Source: Rhynchopus sp. YZ270_cl-10
Taxonomy: Eukaryota
Length of the DNA stretch: 64,000 nt
Reading direction: 5' to 3'
NCBI GenBank assembly: GCA_964035575.1
Contig: OZ037839.1
Span: forward strand, 372,001 to 436,000
Part shown: piece by piece, positions 44,346-56,385 of the stretch
Numbering within the stretch: the stretch's first letter is position 1
Layout of the letters: each line of letters begins with the position of its first letter
Made by a program: the position numbers and the translations under genes
Notes under the pieces: generated by a model
The model's database searches: none
Told to the model about the DNA's origin: nothing
Seen by the model: the letters and a program-made list of their open reading frames with translations, nothing else

Positions 44346-45392
44346 TCATTGTGCGGTTCTCTGACGTTTGTGTGCTTGCTGGGGGGATTCGTCTCTGCTG
44401 CGTTTCGGACGTGCCTCAACCACAAGCTCGCTCAGCTTGCACACCACTACTGCGTCGGACACAGCACTGCTGCAGCCAGTAAGGTAAATACTCTTCAACG
44501 AAGTGCAGTTCGCAACAAAGTACGCCGTACCAACCACCCTAACGCTGCTGAGTGGCGAGAGATCCAGAGTGGTTAAAGCTAAGCAGCCGTTGAGAAATCT
44601 GTGTGAAATCCTTGTCAAGTTGCTGAGTGGCGTCAGATCCAGGGTGGTTAAACCTTTACAGCCGGCGAGAAAGCTGTACTCAATTTCTGTCAAGTTGCTG
44701 AGTGGTGAAAGATCCAGGGTGGTTAAACCTGAGCAGCAGGAGAGAAAGTTATTAGCTAGTTTTGTCAAATGGCTGAGTGGCGAGAGATCCAGAGTAGTTA
44801 GACTTGAGCAGCCGAAGGCAAATTCGCTACCAATTTCTGTCAAGTTGCTGAGTGATGAAAGATCCAGGGTGGTTAAACCTGAACAGCCGGAGAGAAAGTT
44901 GTAACCAATGACCCTCACATTGATCAACCCAGAGAGGTTGATGCTTGTCAACGAGGTGCAATCGTACAGAAAGTACGAGCCAATGTGTATCACAATGGAC
45001 ACAGCACTGAGATCAAGTCTCGTTAACGAAGTGCCTCCTAGGAAGTCATCCGGAATGACAGTCGCAACCTCCGCCTGCAGAAGCAAACACGCCACCTCAG
45101 GATCATCTACCTTCTCCAACCGCTCTTCCGTGATGTCCGTCACACCCAACGCATGAAGTGCTGCTATGGCTTCGTACTTCTGCGTTTTTGTGAGGATGAT
45201 CGTGTCACCAGCACTCAGCTGCGTCATGTCGTATCCTTCGCCCATCGTTTCATCTCCGAAACTCATGCAAAAGCCGTCTTCAGGCAACCCCACTGCAGAC
45301 GCAACCTTCCGACGCATCACCGCAGGTGTGTCATCCTCACCCAGCTCGACCGTCTCCTTCACTCCGTTCCACCCCTCGATAGTCAAATCCAT
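44346..45392 (-). CDS. Ubl-LRR protein copy 3 (348 aa)
   Basis: Same architecture from MDLTIEGWN, with about three fewer LRR units than copy 1. Confidence 0.88.
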   Translation of the reverse strand: MDLTIEGWNGVKETVELGEDDTPAVMRRKVASAVGLPEDGFCMSFGDETMGEGYDMTQLSAGDTIILTKTQKYEAIAALHALGVTDITEERLEKVDDPEVACLLLQAEVATVIPDDFLGGTSLTRLDLSAVSIVIHIGSYFLYDCTSLTSINLSGLINVRVIGYNFLSGCSGLTTLDLSSLSNLTEIGSEFAFGCSSLTTLDLSPLSHLTKLANNFLSCCSGLTTLDLSPLSNLTEIEYSFLAGCKGLTTLDLTPLSNLTRISHRFLNGCLALTTLDLSPLSSVRVVGTAYFVANCTSLKSIYLTGCSSAVSDAVVVCKLSELVVEARPKRSRDESPQQAHKRQRTAQ

Positions 45393-47330
45393 TTTGTTTG
45401 CTTTTGTGTTTTCCCGATATTCCCCCCCCCTTTGTTGTTGCACCACAATGATGTTGATGTGGAGAAAGTGTGGGGAAACAACACAGCACATCTGCTCTCT
45501 TTTTCTACGGTGATCCAACATCAGAGTAAAGCCCTCCTTACTGTCTTAGGGTTAAAGGCACAGAAATGCTTCGAATGAAGAACAAGAAAGCATCAAATCT
45601 TAAAAAGTGCTGATCACGCTAACGACACGTCCATAACGAAATTTTACAATCGTACCAAAAACGATCGTTACGATTGTAAAAAATTCGCACTACGATCGTA
45701 GTGCAACCCGTGCTTATTGTCTTTTGCACAGAAAAACACACAAAAAAAAGTGCTAAACTCCAGTGACCCATTGAAATCTATGTTTGCAAAAAGCAACCAT
45801 ATTTGCGAGGTCATACAGCTTGGTTAGTTGGGCACACAAAGATCATGAGATTCTGTGTTGATGTGGGGAAAACGGAAGGGAGAGAGGAAAAAATATGTCA
45901 TCCTTTTTTTTTTGCGGTATTTTTGCTTCTTTTTTTTTTGAAACTTTCGTTGTTTTTTTTTGCTGTATTTTTTGTTTTTATTTTTTTCTCTCCTTTATTT
46001 TGTTTTTGTTTGTTTTGTCGTTACCAACCCCACCCCCAACCCACCTAACCCCAGGCAATTGATACGTTTTTTTTTGTCAACCCCCAAAAAAATGAAACTG
46101 GACAATATAAAAAAAAAAAAAGAAAAAGGAAAAATTTATAAGATCATTACTCTCTGGATTTGAGTCTGTCCTCAATGAATTTCGATGAATTTTATGCCGT
46201 CGTGTTGCATCTACAAACTTAAACCACTTCTACACCTCACACACACGGTAGAGCTTAGGGAATCCACTTCGGGGACATTGTTGCTCGCTTTTGTTCGGTA
46301 ATATGGTTAGTTCAAGAACGAGCGTCAGAGACTCAAAAAACGTTTCCATTTTTTCTGTCTTGGCAACGTTCCTTACCTCTGTTCCGGTGCTTTTTTTTTT
46401 GGTTTTGCTTTTTGTTTTTACTTTTGTTTGTTTTTTCTTTTTGAAAAATTTGTTGAAATAGTGTCAACACCTGAAGATGTGCGACACCTTTTTTTGTTTC
46501 ATTTTGTGTTTTTGACAATCTGACCCTATCAACCAAAACACGGGTTGGGAAACAGTGAAATGCAGTCTGAATATCCAAAAAAGTCTTTTCCCAACCGTGC
46601 AAAAAATAACAAAATAAAAATACCTACTCCAACACCTGAGAATACACAAGACCCTGTTGTAGGGTCACCTTTTTTTGTTTTTTTTTTGTTTTTTTTTTTG
46701 TTTTTTTGACAACAACAATGTGTGTCCTTACCTTTTTCACATAGGGTTTTCACTCCTTTCTTTTGTTTTTTTTGATAAATTGTTGGAGTAGTGTAGTTGC
46801 CTCGGTTGTGTTGCCACAGTTGTGCAATCTCCACTGTCACTTTTTTTTACCACCTCAACAACCATTACCCAACCTTGGTGAAAGGATCTGTAGAGAATCT
46901 GTGTGCTCAAAGTTGGCCTTTTAATTATTTTGTTTTGCTTCTCCGAACAATCTTTACTACATGATGCAGTAAACGTGCGGGAGGGCGTCCTACAGGCCAC
47001 GGAGGCAGAAGGGGTTTTCGTATGCGCTTTGTGATAAAACCACCCGTACACACGACATCCCCCCTGTATAGCTTCTGCGGGGTTTTGAACATGCAGCATC
47101 AACAACGAAGTGGATTAGCCCACTCTGCGCCCTCACAGTTACATGACATACCACGCAGCCCCCCCCGCCCCTCCTCCCCTTGTGGTTCTTTAAAACTTAG
47201 GTCAACTAAAAAATAGTTTTTTTTTTTTTTTTGAAAAATGAAACGTTTTTTTTCTTCTCCGTTCTTTCAGAATCCGCCTTCTGTTTTTTCCCTTTAAAAA
47301 AAATGGGGAAAATAACAAAAAAAGGCCGCC

Positions 47331-47362
<32 letters not shown>

Positions 47363-47414
47363 TGAAAACTTCTGGTTTAGTTGACACCCAAAGGATGAGC
47401 ATGCACTCTTCTCT

Positions 47415-49813
47415 CTATCCTTGAAAGCTATTCTGCCACACACGCCATGCTTCTTGCAGCGACTCGATGATCCTACGCCCGTTGACAATGTCTAGCAACA
47501 TATCCTCAAGCTCCATCTGCAGGAACATTCCAGTGATCTTAGGCGCACAGCCCTCACCAAACACGTTCAATATCAAAGGCCACGCGACACGTCCAAGACG
47601 TTCCTTAGCCTGCGCAGAGGAGGAGGAGGAGGAGAAGGAGTACAGAGAGGGGTTTGAAAATTGTTTTTGTATGTTTTGAAAGTGCTTTGTGCTCTGTTTA
47701 ATTTTGCTTGATAGTTTTGTAGACGTAGGAAGGAGTACATAGAGTGGTTGTTCACATGGTGTGATTGGAACCCGAATTCTCAGGGATCTAAGAATGTCAC
47801 CTCTGATGTTGAGGAGTACGTACCGCCATCAGAAATGTTGAAATTTCGGTTTCTTGGTTGCTTGTGTGGGAGGGGGGCAAAAAAAAGGGGTTGTGGGGTG
47901 TTTGGCATACCGCGAGCACGTCTTCTTCGGTGTCCGCACCCAGCGCGTTGAGCGAGTAGTTCGAGAGCACCTCGCAGACAATGTCGAGGAACTCGTGCTT
48001 GCCTTCCTGGTAGTCGCATTCGGGCACGTCCTCGTTGCAGACAGGGGGGAGGAAGGAGAACACGGATCCTGCAGGAAAAAGGTTGGGAATTTGAAACACA
48101 ACATTTTATTTTCAAAACACCACACACAACTGGTGCTCCGGGAGGGGTCGATATTGACAGGTCTCTGACAGGTCGTTGACCGACTTCCGAAAGCACCAAC
48201 AACGCTTGTTTTTTTTTTTTTTTTGGTTTTTTTAAAAAGACACACAAAATTCTATGAATATGCACCCTGCCCTACCTCTTTGTCATATTATTTCCCATGC
48301 AACACATGAGAGAAACTCTTCTCATTCCTGACATTCACACATTCACACACATCCTAAAGAGAAAGTCAACATGCGACATATAATAACATCACCCATACCG
48401 ATCATCCTGAGGCTAAGGTCGTAATGCGTAGGAAGCTTCGTCATCGACAGGAAGAACGCACGCATACGGCCCCTGAAGGGGGCAGGCCAGGCACGGTGCG
48501 TTGCCGGCGTCCAGGGCAGCCCGCTGTCATGCGTGAAGTACGCTGTGTAGCTCGGCTGAGGCGGGGTGTGCGGCGCAATGTCCGCGTCGGGGAACTCCAG
48601 GGAGAGGTCCTGCTGGACGAGACGCGCTGCATGCTGTTCCCAAAACCCAAGCATCGTCGCCGTTGGGTCTGTCTTGGCAGTTTCGAGCACGCCTTCAGGC
48701 AGTCTGAACCGCGCGAACCTCGACGACGCCATGCACCGCAACACCTCAATCGCCCTCCCACACAACTCCTCCTCGAAGCATCTTGCGAAAGGGACACCAA
48801 CAACAGGCAGCCACGGTGCCAGCTTCCGCTCCCATTCTGCGATGCTCTCCATCGCTGCCGCGTTCTTGCCCTCATGGAGATGGCACAACGACCGCTTAAT
48901 CAGCAAGCTCTGAAACCTCGTCAGCCCGATGTCATTCTTCTTCAACCCCACTACAACCTTCTTTTCCCTCCTCCTCCCACTCCTCAAGCACAACCTTCAG
49001 CGCAGGGAACACACAGTTCCCCCGGAGGGCCTCCAACTTCGCGCGAAGGGTGGTGACAGTGCTGTCCGTCTCCTCCTCTTCCTCGACAGGCACTGCAGTG
49101 GGGGCGGGCCTGGCTGCGGGAGGAGCCACACCGGGAGCACCAGGAGGACGTTGCGCAGACCAATGTGTCGCGCTTGGTGCCGGCGACGGCTGCCAATCCG
49201 GATGCGGTGGAATAGCACTCTGAAAGGACCCCGGGGGAGGTGGAGGCCCTGCCGGGGCGGGCCTATAATATCCACTACTTTGCTGCGGCGGGGGTGCGCT
49301 TCCGTAATACATTGGTGGGTACTCCGCTGGTACCACCGCCTCCGGGTCAAAATGACCAAACTGACAGTTCTCCCCCTTTGTACACGACCCAGATAGGTTG
49401 AATCTGCAGGGAACGTTTTTCAAAGGGGATTTTACCGGAGGTGCCATTCGTCGGTCATAAGAAGCGTATTGCGGGTGGTATTGGGGTGGCTCGGACATTT
49501 GGTGGTGGTGGTGCTGGTGGTGGTGGTGATGCATTTGCTGTGCAGGCTTCTTAGGTTCGGTGGTGTTTACGGTGGCGGGGGGGCGGCTTGAGAATATCGG
49601 GGCAGGTCCGTCGTTGGCCTTGGGTGATTCGGCTGGGAGGGTAGCAAGGATGGTCTTGACCTCAGCAGGGAAGACGATGCATTCCTTCTGTGCTTCGAAG
49701 CGCGCGTTGGTGCGGTCCCGGCCGCCTGCCCCAGAGGGGCGGTTCAAGACATTCAGGTCGGAGGGCAGGGTGACAACATCAGCTGAATCGAATAAGGGAT
49801 TGGCTACACTCAT
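47415..49813 (-). CDS. Spliced CCCH zinc-finger protein with C-terminal MLLE/PABC-like domain
   Basis: The finger is CRFNLSGSCTKGENCQFGH. Exons 49813-48399 (one apparent frameshift near 48965), 48068-47911 and 47609-47415 join in frame via GT-AG introns. The last exon reads AKERLGRVAWPLILNVFGEGCAPKITGMFLQMELEDMLL. Confidence 0.7.
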
Positions 49814-50748
49814 AGTTGAGTGACTATGGGGGGGGGGTGGGGTGCCTGGAAAAAAGTGAGGGGTTTATTTGAAAAGTTCATTTTTCTATTTTGAGACACA
49901 CCAAAAAGGGAATCACTGTATTACCCATATCCTGTATCACATCGTTGATTGTTATTTCCCTGCGTTGACTGCAGGAAAGTTTGCGTATTGCGATTTGTGG
50001 CGGAGAAGAAAACACAGCACCCAATATGGTGTGGTTGAAAGGGGGGGAGCAAAAAGTGCGGAAAAGTGCGAATCAGACCCCTTCAGCCACACCACAATAG
50101 GTATCTCTTCACCCACACAGGAAAACGGGAAACGAAAACAGGGAGGGTTTGTTCGTTGTACGCTTCCCCTGTCAGCTTTGTTTGACCTATAAAAAAATAT
50201 CCCCCCTTTTTTTTTATGTCTGAAACTTCGTTGTATTAGGCCAACCCCCGATCACGACCCTTTTTTCATTTTTTTTTTTTTTCAATTTTTTTTGGGGGGG
50301 ATTTTTTTTTTTGTAATAACAGGGCATTTTCAAGCTATCATTTTTGCTGAGGAAAAAAAAAAAATGGATTTCCCTAACAGTTGATAACAAAGAGGATACC
50401 TCTTACATAGGACCATATTCTGCGCAAAGAATTACCCTCACTAGGCGTCAACACCTCGCACATACATGCCCTTTGCGATAAAACAAAAAAGGGAAAATGT
50501 TGAAAGATAAATCTGCCTCACGCGAGTACATTTCTCTTAAAAAGGGGGGGAGTTTGGCACGATGACCCTAGACTCTTGCTTGGGCACCTACCAAAATAAA
50601 TCATGCTTTTGGGGAATGGGTAGAGAGGGTGGGATGTCTTACAAAAGGTGGGTTGTCATCATTGGTATGATGTAGTACCACCAGAGGGGATTGGGGGAGG
50701 GGAGAAGGGGTGGGGAGAGCCTCGTGGAGAGGGGGTGGGGGGGGGTTA

Positions 50749-52384
50749 GGGGGGTCCGTCCGGCCGTTTTTGCTGTCCCAAACCACTTTTTTTTTGTAAA
50801 AACCCGCGAAAAACCCGAAAAAACACCCCAAAACACCCCCAAACCCCCAAAAAATCACCCAAAACCACGAAAAACACACTTTTGAGCACTATTTCGTACT
50901 TTTTTCTGATTTTTTGGTGTTTTTTTCCGCTTTTTCCGCCTTTTTCCATGGAATTATACCCCCTAATATGCCTATAGAATCCCTGTACTGCTCACTGAGA
51001 CAGCATAGCTACCAGAGGCTCCTTATTCATCTGACCGGTGTCTTCATCGTCAAGGGGTGCACAATCTGCCGCAAATTCCTGCAACTCTGTCTTTGTGAAA
51101 AGATGAAGAACTTTAGTGTTGTACTTTTCAAGTTGCTACTTCTGGGTGCTTTGCATGGACCTGCCTTTGTGGTGCGCTTGGTGTATCCTGCGGCAAGTTC
51201 TTCCCTTGAGAAAGACGGAACCCAACCTAGACTGTAGAGGATGTCTAGGTTCCAGCGACAGTGAGTCGGTGTTGTCGGGGTGCTGGCTCCTTCCGTGGTG
51301 GCTTGCAACTTGGTCAAGGACACCGACAACGGATTCGCAAGAATCATTGGTCATAGGAGGAGGCAAGGAAGGCTTTACTGCACTTAGGCAAAGGGTACGT
51401 TGTCATTTTCAGGGACCAAAAAGCCCTAGCAAGTGTTGCAAGTACGATTTTCCACAGCTCGGGAGGTCTGTCAGGCAGTTCAGAGGGATTTAGACACTTC
51501 TGCGACTGCCTGAACACGCCTTTTAGGGTTTTTATTTTGGGTGCGAAATACGTCAAAAGGATGGGGGGAAATACCGTTATTTTAAGTGTTGCAGACACAA
51601 AAACGCCCTCAAAAACCCCCTAGGGACCCCAAAAAGCTGCAAAATCCACACATTTCCACCTCGGGACCTCATTGGAGGTGGACTGAGGTGGTTTTTTGGT
51701 GTTTTGAATGAATTGGTATTATTTTTTTTTGGTAAATAAGTGGTCTTCTGCTAGGCGTTGCATAGCCGTTGCTTAAGTGTTGCATAAGTGTTGCATGGCC
51801 TATAAAACCCTCCCAAGTGCCCAAAATGCTATTTTTCACCCTACATGGGGTCTGGGGGACATTTTCCTGGGTGTTTGGACACCATTCCGACTACCTTGGC
51901 ACTTTTTTGGGGGTTTTCAGGTACAAAAAAAGTCAAAAAAGTGACTATAAAAAGGGTACTTTTAAGCGTTTGGGGCACACACACCCACTGCAAAATGCAT
52001 CTGGGGCCCCCACAGGAGCCCTAAAAGCTGTAAAAACCATATATTTCCACCCTGGGACCCCACCGGATGTGGACCGAGGTGTTTTTCGGGTGTTTAGAAG
52101 GAATTTTGTCTGACTAGAAAATTTTTTTGGTAAGTGTTGCATTTTGGCCATCTTGGTGACGATCTGGTGACGCCATTTTTGGAGATTTTTCACAAAAAAT
52201 CGATTTTTTTTTAACCAGGAAAGTCTCTGTAGAGGTTGTCAGGTGGTTTAATGGGATATTTTCGTGATCCCCAGGGCGATTTGCGGCCAGGTACGACCTT
52301 TTTAGTGGGTTTCTTCACCTAAATTTCAAAAAAATGGGTTTGGGACAGCAAATCCTTAAGGAATTCCTTCTACGTGGACCCCCC
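50749..52384. mobile_element. TA-flanked non-autonomous TIR element
   Basis: TA-[GGGGGGTCC...TGCTGTCCCAAACC ... GGTTTGGGACAGCA...GGACCCCCC]-TA, with internal direct repeats at about 51540-51700 and 51960-52100. Confidence 0.65.
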
Positions 52385-53020
52385 TAGGGGGGGGGGGTCG
52401 ACGCTGTGTGTGCAGACAGCAGCGCTCGCACGGTGCAGCTGGTCACAGATGTGACCAGCTCAAATACCTGGTCGGTGACCATGCGCACTGTGAAGACGTG
52501 ACCATGGAAGTCGGCATCCTATAATGAGTGTGCAACAACTCATCTGCCGAATGAATCGGTACCCGGGGGGTTATTGTTGGTAACACCTAGAAGAGATCAG
52601 TTGAAATGTGCGAAAAACACATCTCAGTCGAGAGCTTATGCAAAGGGTGGGGTGGCTCTTACGGAGGCGGTTCACAATCACATCAAAACCTCGGTTTCGC
52701 CCTTTGTTTAGTTGATACCACCCACCACGGCATACAAAAAGGAGGTGAATGCACCAATGAAAGAGGGGTTTGAAAAAGTTTGTAAAGTTTGTTTCAACTT
52801 TGTTTTTATTTTTGTTTTGTAAATCAAGGTACTTGACAATAGGAAATAGAAACGACGGAAGGTGCGTGCCCGCCAGCTTGTGTTTTCTCCCTCATTATTT
52901 TTTCTCTATCATACAACACACACTTCAGCGAAAAAACACAACAAGCTTGCGGAGCGATAAACGAAAAAGTTGTTTTTCATTGTTTTCTTTTTATTCAGAA
53001 CCGGAAGTTAGTTTCTATTT

Positions 53021-54408
53021 GGGTCAATTTTTTAACCCCCCCCCTCAAAAGTTCCACGGCCATTTTTTCGGGTTCTACACCGTTTGAGCCCCCACAGGTG
53101 TACAGAACCCCCCTGGAATCGGTTTTGAGCGACTTGTGGCGGTGTTTTGAGGCAAAGTGGCACTTTTTTTGCTATTTTCAGGCTATTTTTGGCCATTTTC
53201 AGGCTATTTTGGCCTGTTTTGGCCTATATTCACTGTATGACCGATTTTTCGGGTTTTATGAGGTTTGAACACCAACAGGTGCCACGAAACACCCCAGTAC
53301 CGGTTTTGTGGGCCTCCTGTGGGGTTTTGGGGGTGAAATATACCGTTTACTCTATGTTCTGGGCCATATTGGGGTGTTTTTTGGCCATGTAGGCCTGGTA
53401 TGTGCCCTACAGTGCATAAGCCAAATTTGGGTGTTTTGAGGGGTAGAGGGTCATGGTGGTGCGTTCATGACTCGGTGGCGGCGACGCTTATTGCTCGCTG
53501 TTCTGGCCCTATTTCCCCAATTTCACCCCTCCCCGACCCTTTTCTGATGAAGATCTTTGACGTGCTCGGTCCCGTCGCAAATGTTCTTTGTGAATGTTCT
53601 TCATAAAATAGGGGAGCGTCAGGGGGGTCAAAATAGCTATTTTTGACCAAAAAAACACCGATAAACACCAAGAAAAGTGTCGAATATGTCCGAAACAGGT
53701 CGGAATTGGTTCACAGCCCATTTTTGGGGTATATTTGGGCCAAAGGAGGCCTCCTGGCGTCAAAAAAATCGTGTTTTTTTGGTCAAAAATAGCTATTTTG
53801 ACCCCCCTGACGCTCCCCTATTTTATGAAGAACATTCACAAAGAACATTTGCGACGGGACCGAGCACGTCAAAGATCTTCATCAGAAAAGGGTCGGGGAG
53901 GGGTGAAATTGGGGAAATAGGGCCAGAACAGCGAGCAATAAGCGTCGCCGCCACCGAGTCATGAACGCACCACCATGACCCTCTACCCCTCAAAACACCC
54001 AAATTTGGCTTATGCACTGTAGGGCACATACCAGGCCTACATGGCCAAAAAACACCCCAATATGGCCCAGAACATAGAGTAAACGGTATATTTCACCCCC
54101 AAAACCCCACAGGAGGCCCACAAAACCGGTACTGGGGTGTTTCGTGGCACCTGTTGGTGTTCAAACCTCATAAAACCCGAAAAATCGGTCATACAGTGAA
54201 TATAGGCCAAAACAGGCCAAAATAGCCTGAAAATGGCCAAAAATAGCCTGAAAATAGCAAAAAAAGTGCCACTTTGCCTCAAAACACCGCCACAAGTCGC
54301 TCAAAACCGATTCCAGGGGGGTTCTGTACACCTGTGGGGGCTCAAACGGTGTAGAACCCGAAAAAATGGCCGTGGAACTTTTGAGGGGGGGGGTTAAAAA
54401 ATTGACCC
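53021..54408. mobile_element. Foldback element with 638-bp arms and 4-bp TSD
   Basis: 53021-53658 mirrors 53771-54408; ATTT-[GGGTCAA...TTGACCC]-ATTT. Confidence 0.93.
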
Positions 54409-56385
54409 ATTTCTTGTTTTTGCTACTCTGTTTGTTTTGTATTGCATTTCATTGTAGTACTTTGGAAGTTCACCAATGAAAGAGGGGAAAAATAAACAAA
54501 AAAAAAAGATCGGGTCTTTTGTTTGTGCGCTCACAGCCGGGAAAACAAAAAGGTGAAAAAAAAAACGTGTTAAGCTGAAGTACGGTTGTTGTGGTTAATT
54601 GAATTCTCAAAGAAAACAAGCAAGCTTCTGTTTTTTTCAATCCGTTTTGTTTTGCCCTGCAGCGCTGCCTCCAATCTTTTTTAGAATTGGCAACAAGTTG
54701 TTTTATCAAAAAAAAACACATCTCAGACGTTTGAAGCATTTCCCCCCACCACAAAGTGGTTCTTCCTAAATGTACGTTTCGCCTCTCAAAAGATGGAACC
54801 CATGGCAGGAAATCACAAAAACTGTTGTGACGGGAGTTGCGAGGGAGGAGGGGTTTGGGGCAAATCTCCGTAATGGGGGGGGAAGAGGGAGAAAAGAGAG
54901 ACAGAGAGAGAGAGAGGGGGCAGTGACAATCTAGGGGGAAAAAAAATCAAGAAAAAAAAATCACTCAATTCTCAGAACCGTTTAATAATGAAGGCCTTTT
55001 CAAGTCTCAGATATTGTTATTTTTTGCGGGGCACGCCCGCGCAAAGGATCGGAGCATGAATGTTGTACTTTTATTGATAAATTGTTTGGAGTAGTGTAGT
55101 TGCCTCGCTAGTGTTGCCGCAGTTGTGCAATCTCCACACTGTCCGACTTTTATTTTGAAAACTTGGCTTATATTAGTGTAGACACCCGAGGGCGCTTCAC
55201 ATGATAGTATGTCTTGTATTGGCAAACCCGACCGCCCCAATAATATAATTTCCCTCCGTAGTGAATTTTAGGAGACGATATCTGAATGGAGAAAAAAAGA
55301 TGCGGGATAATTTTCAAAACATAAGGCTTGTTCTGTACGGTACTGAGAATTAGGTAAGATTTTTGTTTTGTTTTGTTTTGTTTTTTTTTTTTTTTTTGGA
55401 AAAACTTTTTGGATGGAGGGGGAGAAAAAAAAGTTGTTATGTAGATGATTAAGAGTGAGGAACGGCCCACATACACCGCCTTTTAAAATACAGAAACGTT
55501 TTCTTCTTTAACAAATTCCGGTGTGAGCAGCTAAATTCACTTCGTCCCTCCTCTCAACAATATTTTTTTTTAGACAGGTCAATTTCCCTCCAACAAAATA
55601 AATCGCTCAGAAAGTGAAACAATCTGTAAAAAAAAAGTAGAGTCGAAATACAAAGCCCTCTCATGACAGTGTACCTTTGGTACAATGACCGGCTGTACCG
55701 TGGGGTGGACACCCAACCATCCAGTCCTACAATCCATTTCGTGGTTTACACCTGAAAAAAATGCAGGGAATCCTGGGATAACAAAAAAAATTTTTTTTTC
55801 GATCGCATTTTTCCTTTTTACACAACCTTACTTACCCCCACATTTTTTTATTATTGAATACAATTTGGCGAAGCCGCGGGGGTTGAAAAGAAGCTAATTT
55901 TTTTTTTTTTTTTTTTTTTGGATCCACCTACCGAGCTATGCGACCATTATTCGCAGTTACAATTTGGCGAAAAATGCCGGGAGAGGAATAATTCGGCCTT
56001 ACTAGGCACTAGTAACATATACGAGGTAGCAGAAATGCGAGTGTGTTTCTTCGTCCCAACTTTCTCCCCCAAATTTTTTTCTTAAAGGCTAAAGAACAAC
56101 GAAAAGGTGTGGGATGAAACTTAAGCCCTTTTCACAATGTGCTTTAGTCAACCAAGAGAAAAAAAACACTTCTTCCCCCCGATTTGAAAAATAAAAAAAG
56201 AGCTTCAAGCCTTGGGGCCGAAAAGAGTCGAAAGGATTCACGAAGGGTGGGAGGTACTTATTTTTGGGGGTATGGGTCGGACTGAATTGGTCAAAAAAAA
56301 AACCACTTTATTTTTTGAAAAAAGAAGAGGGAAAAAAATACACACATTACGTCCATTGAATATTGTCGTTCTTTGTTAGGCTTTT

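Noticed and set aside
53147..54282. Mirror-image ORF pairs
   Set aside because: Artefact of the foldback palindrome, with no protein-like features.
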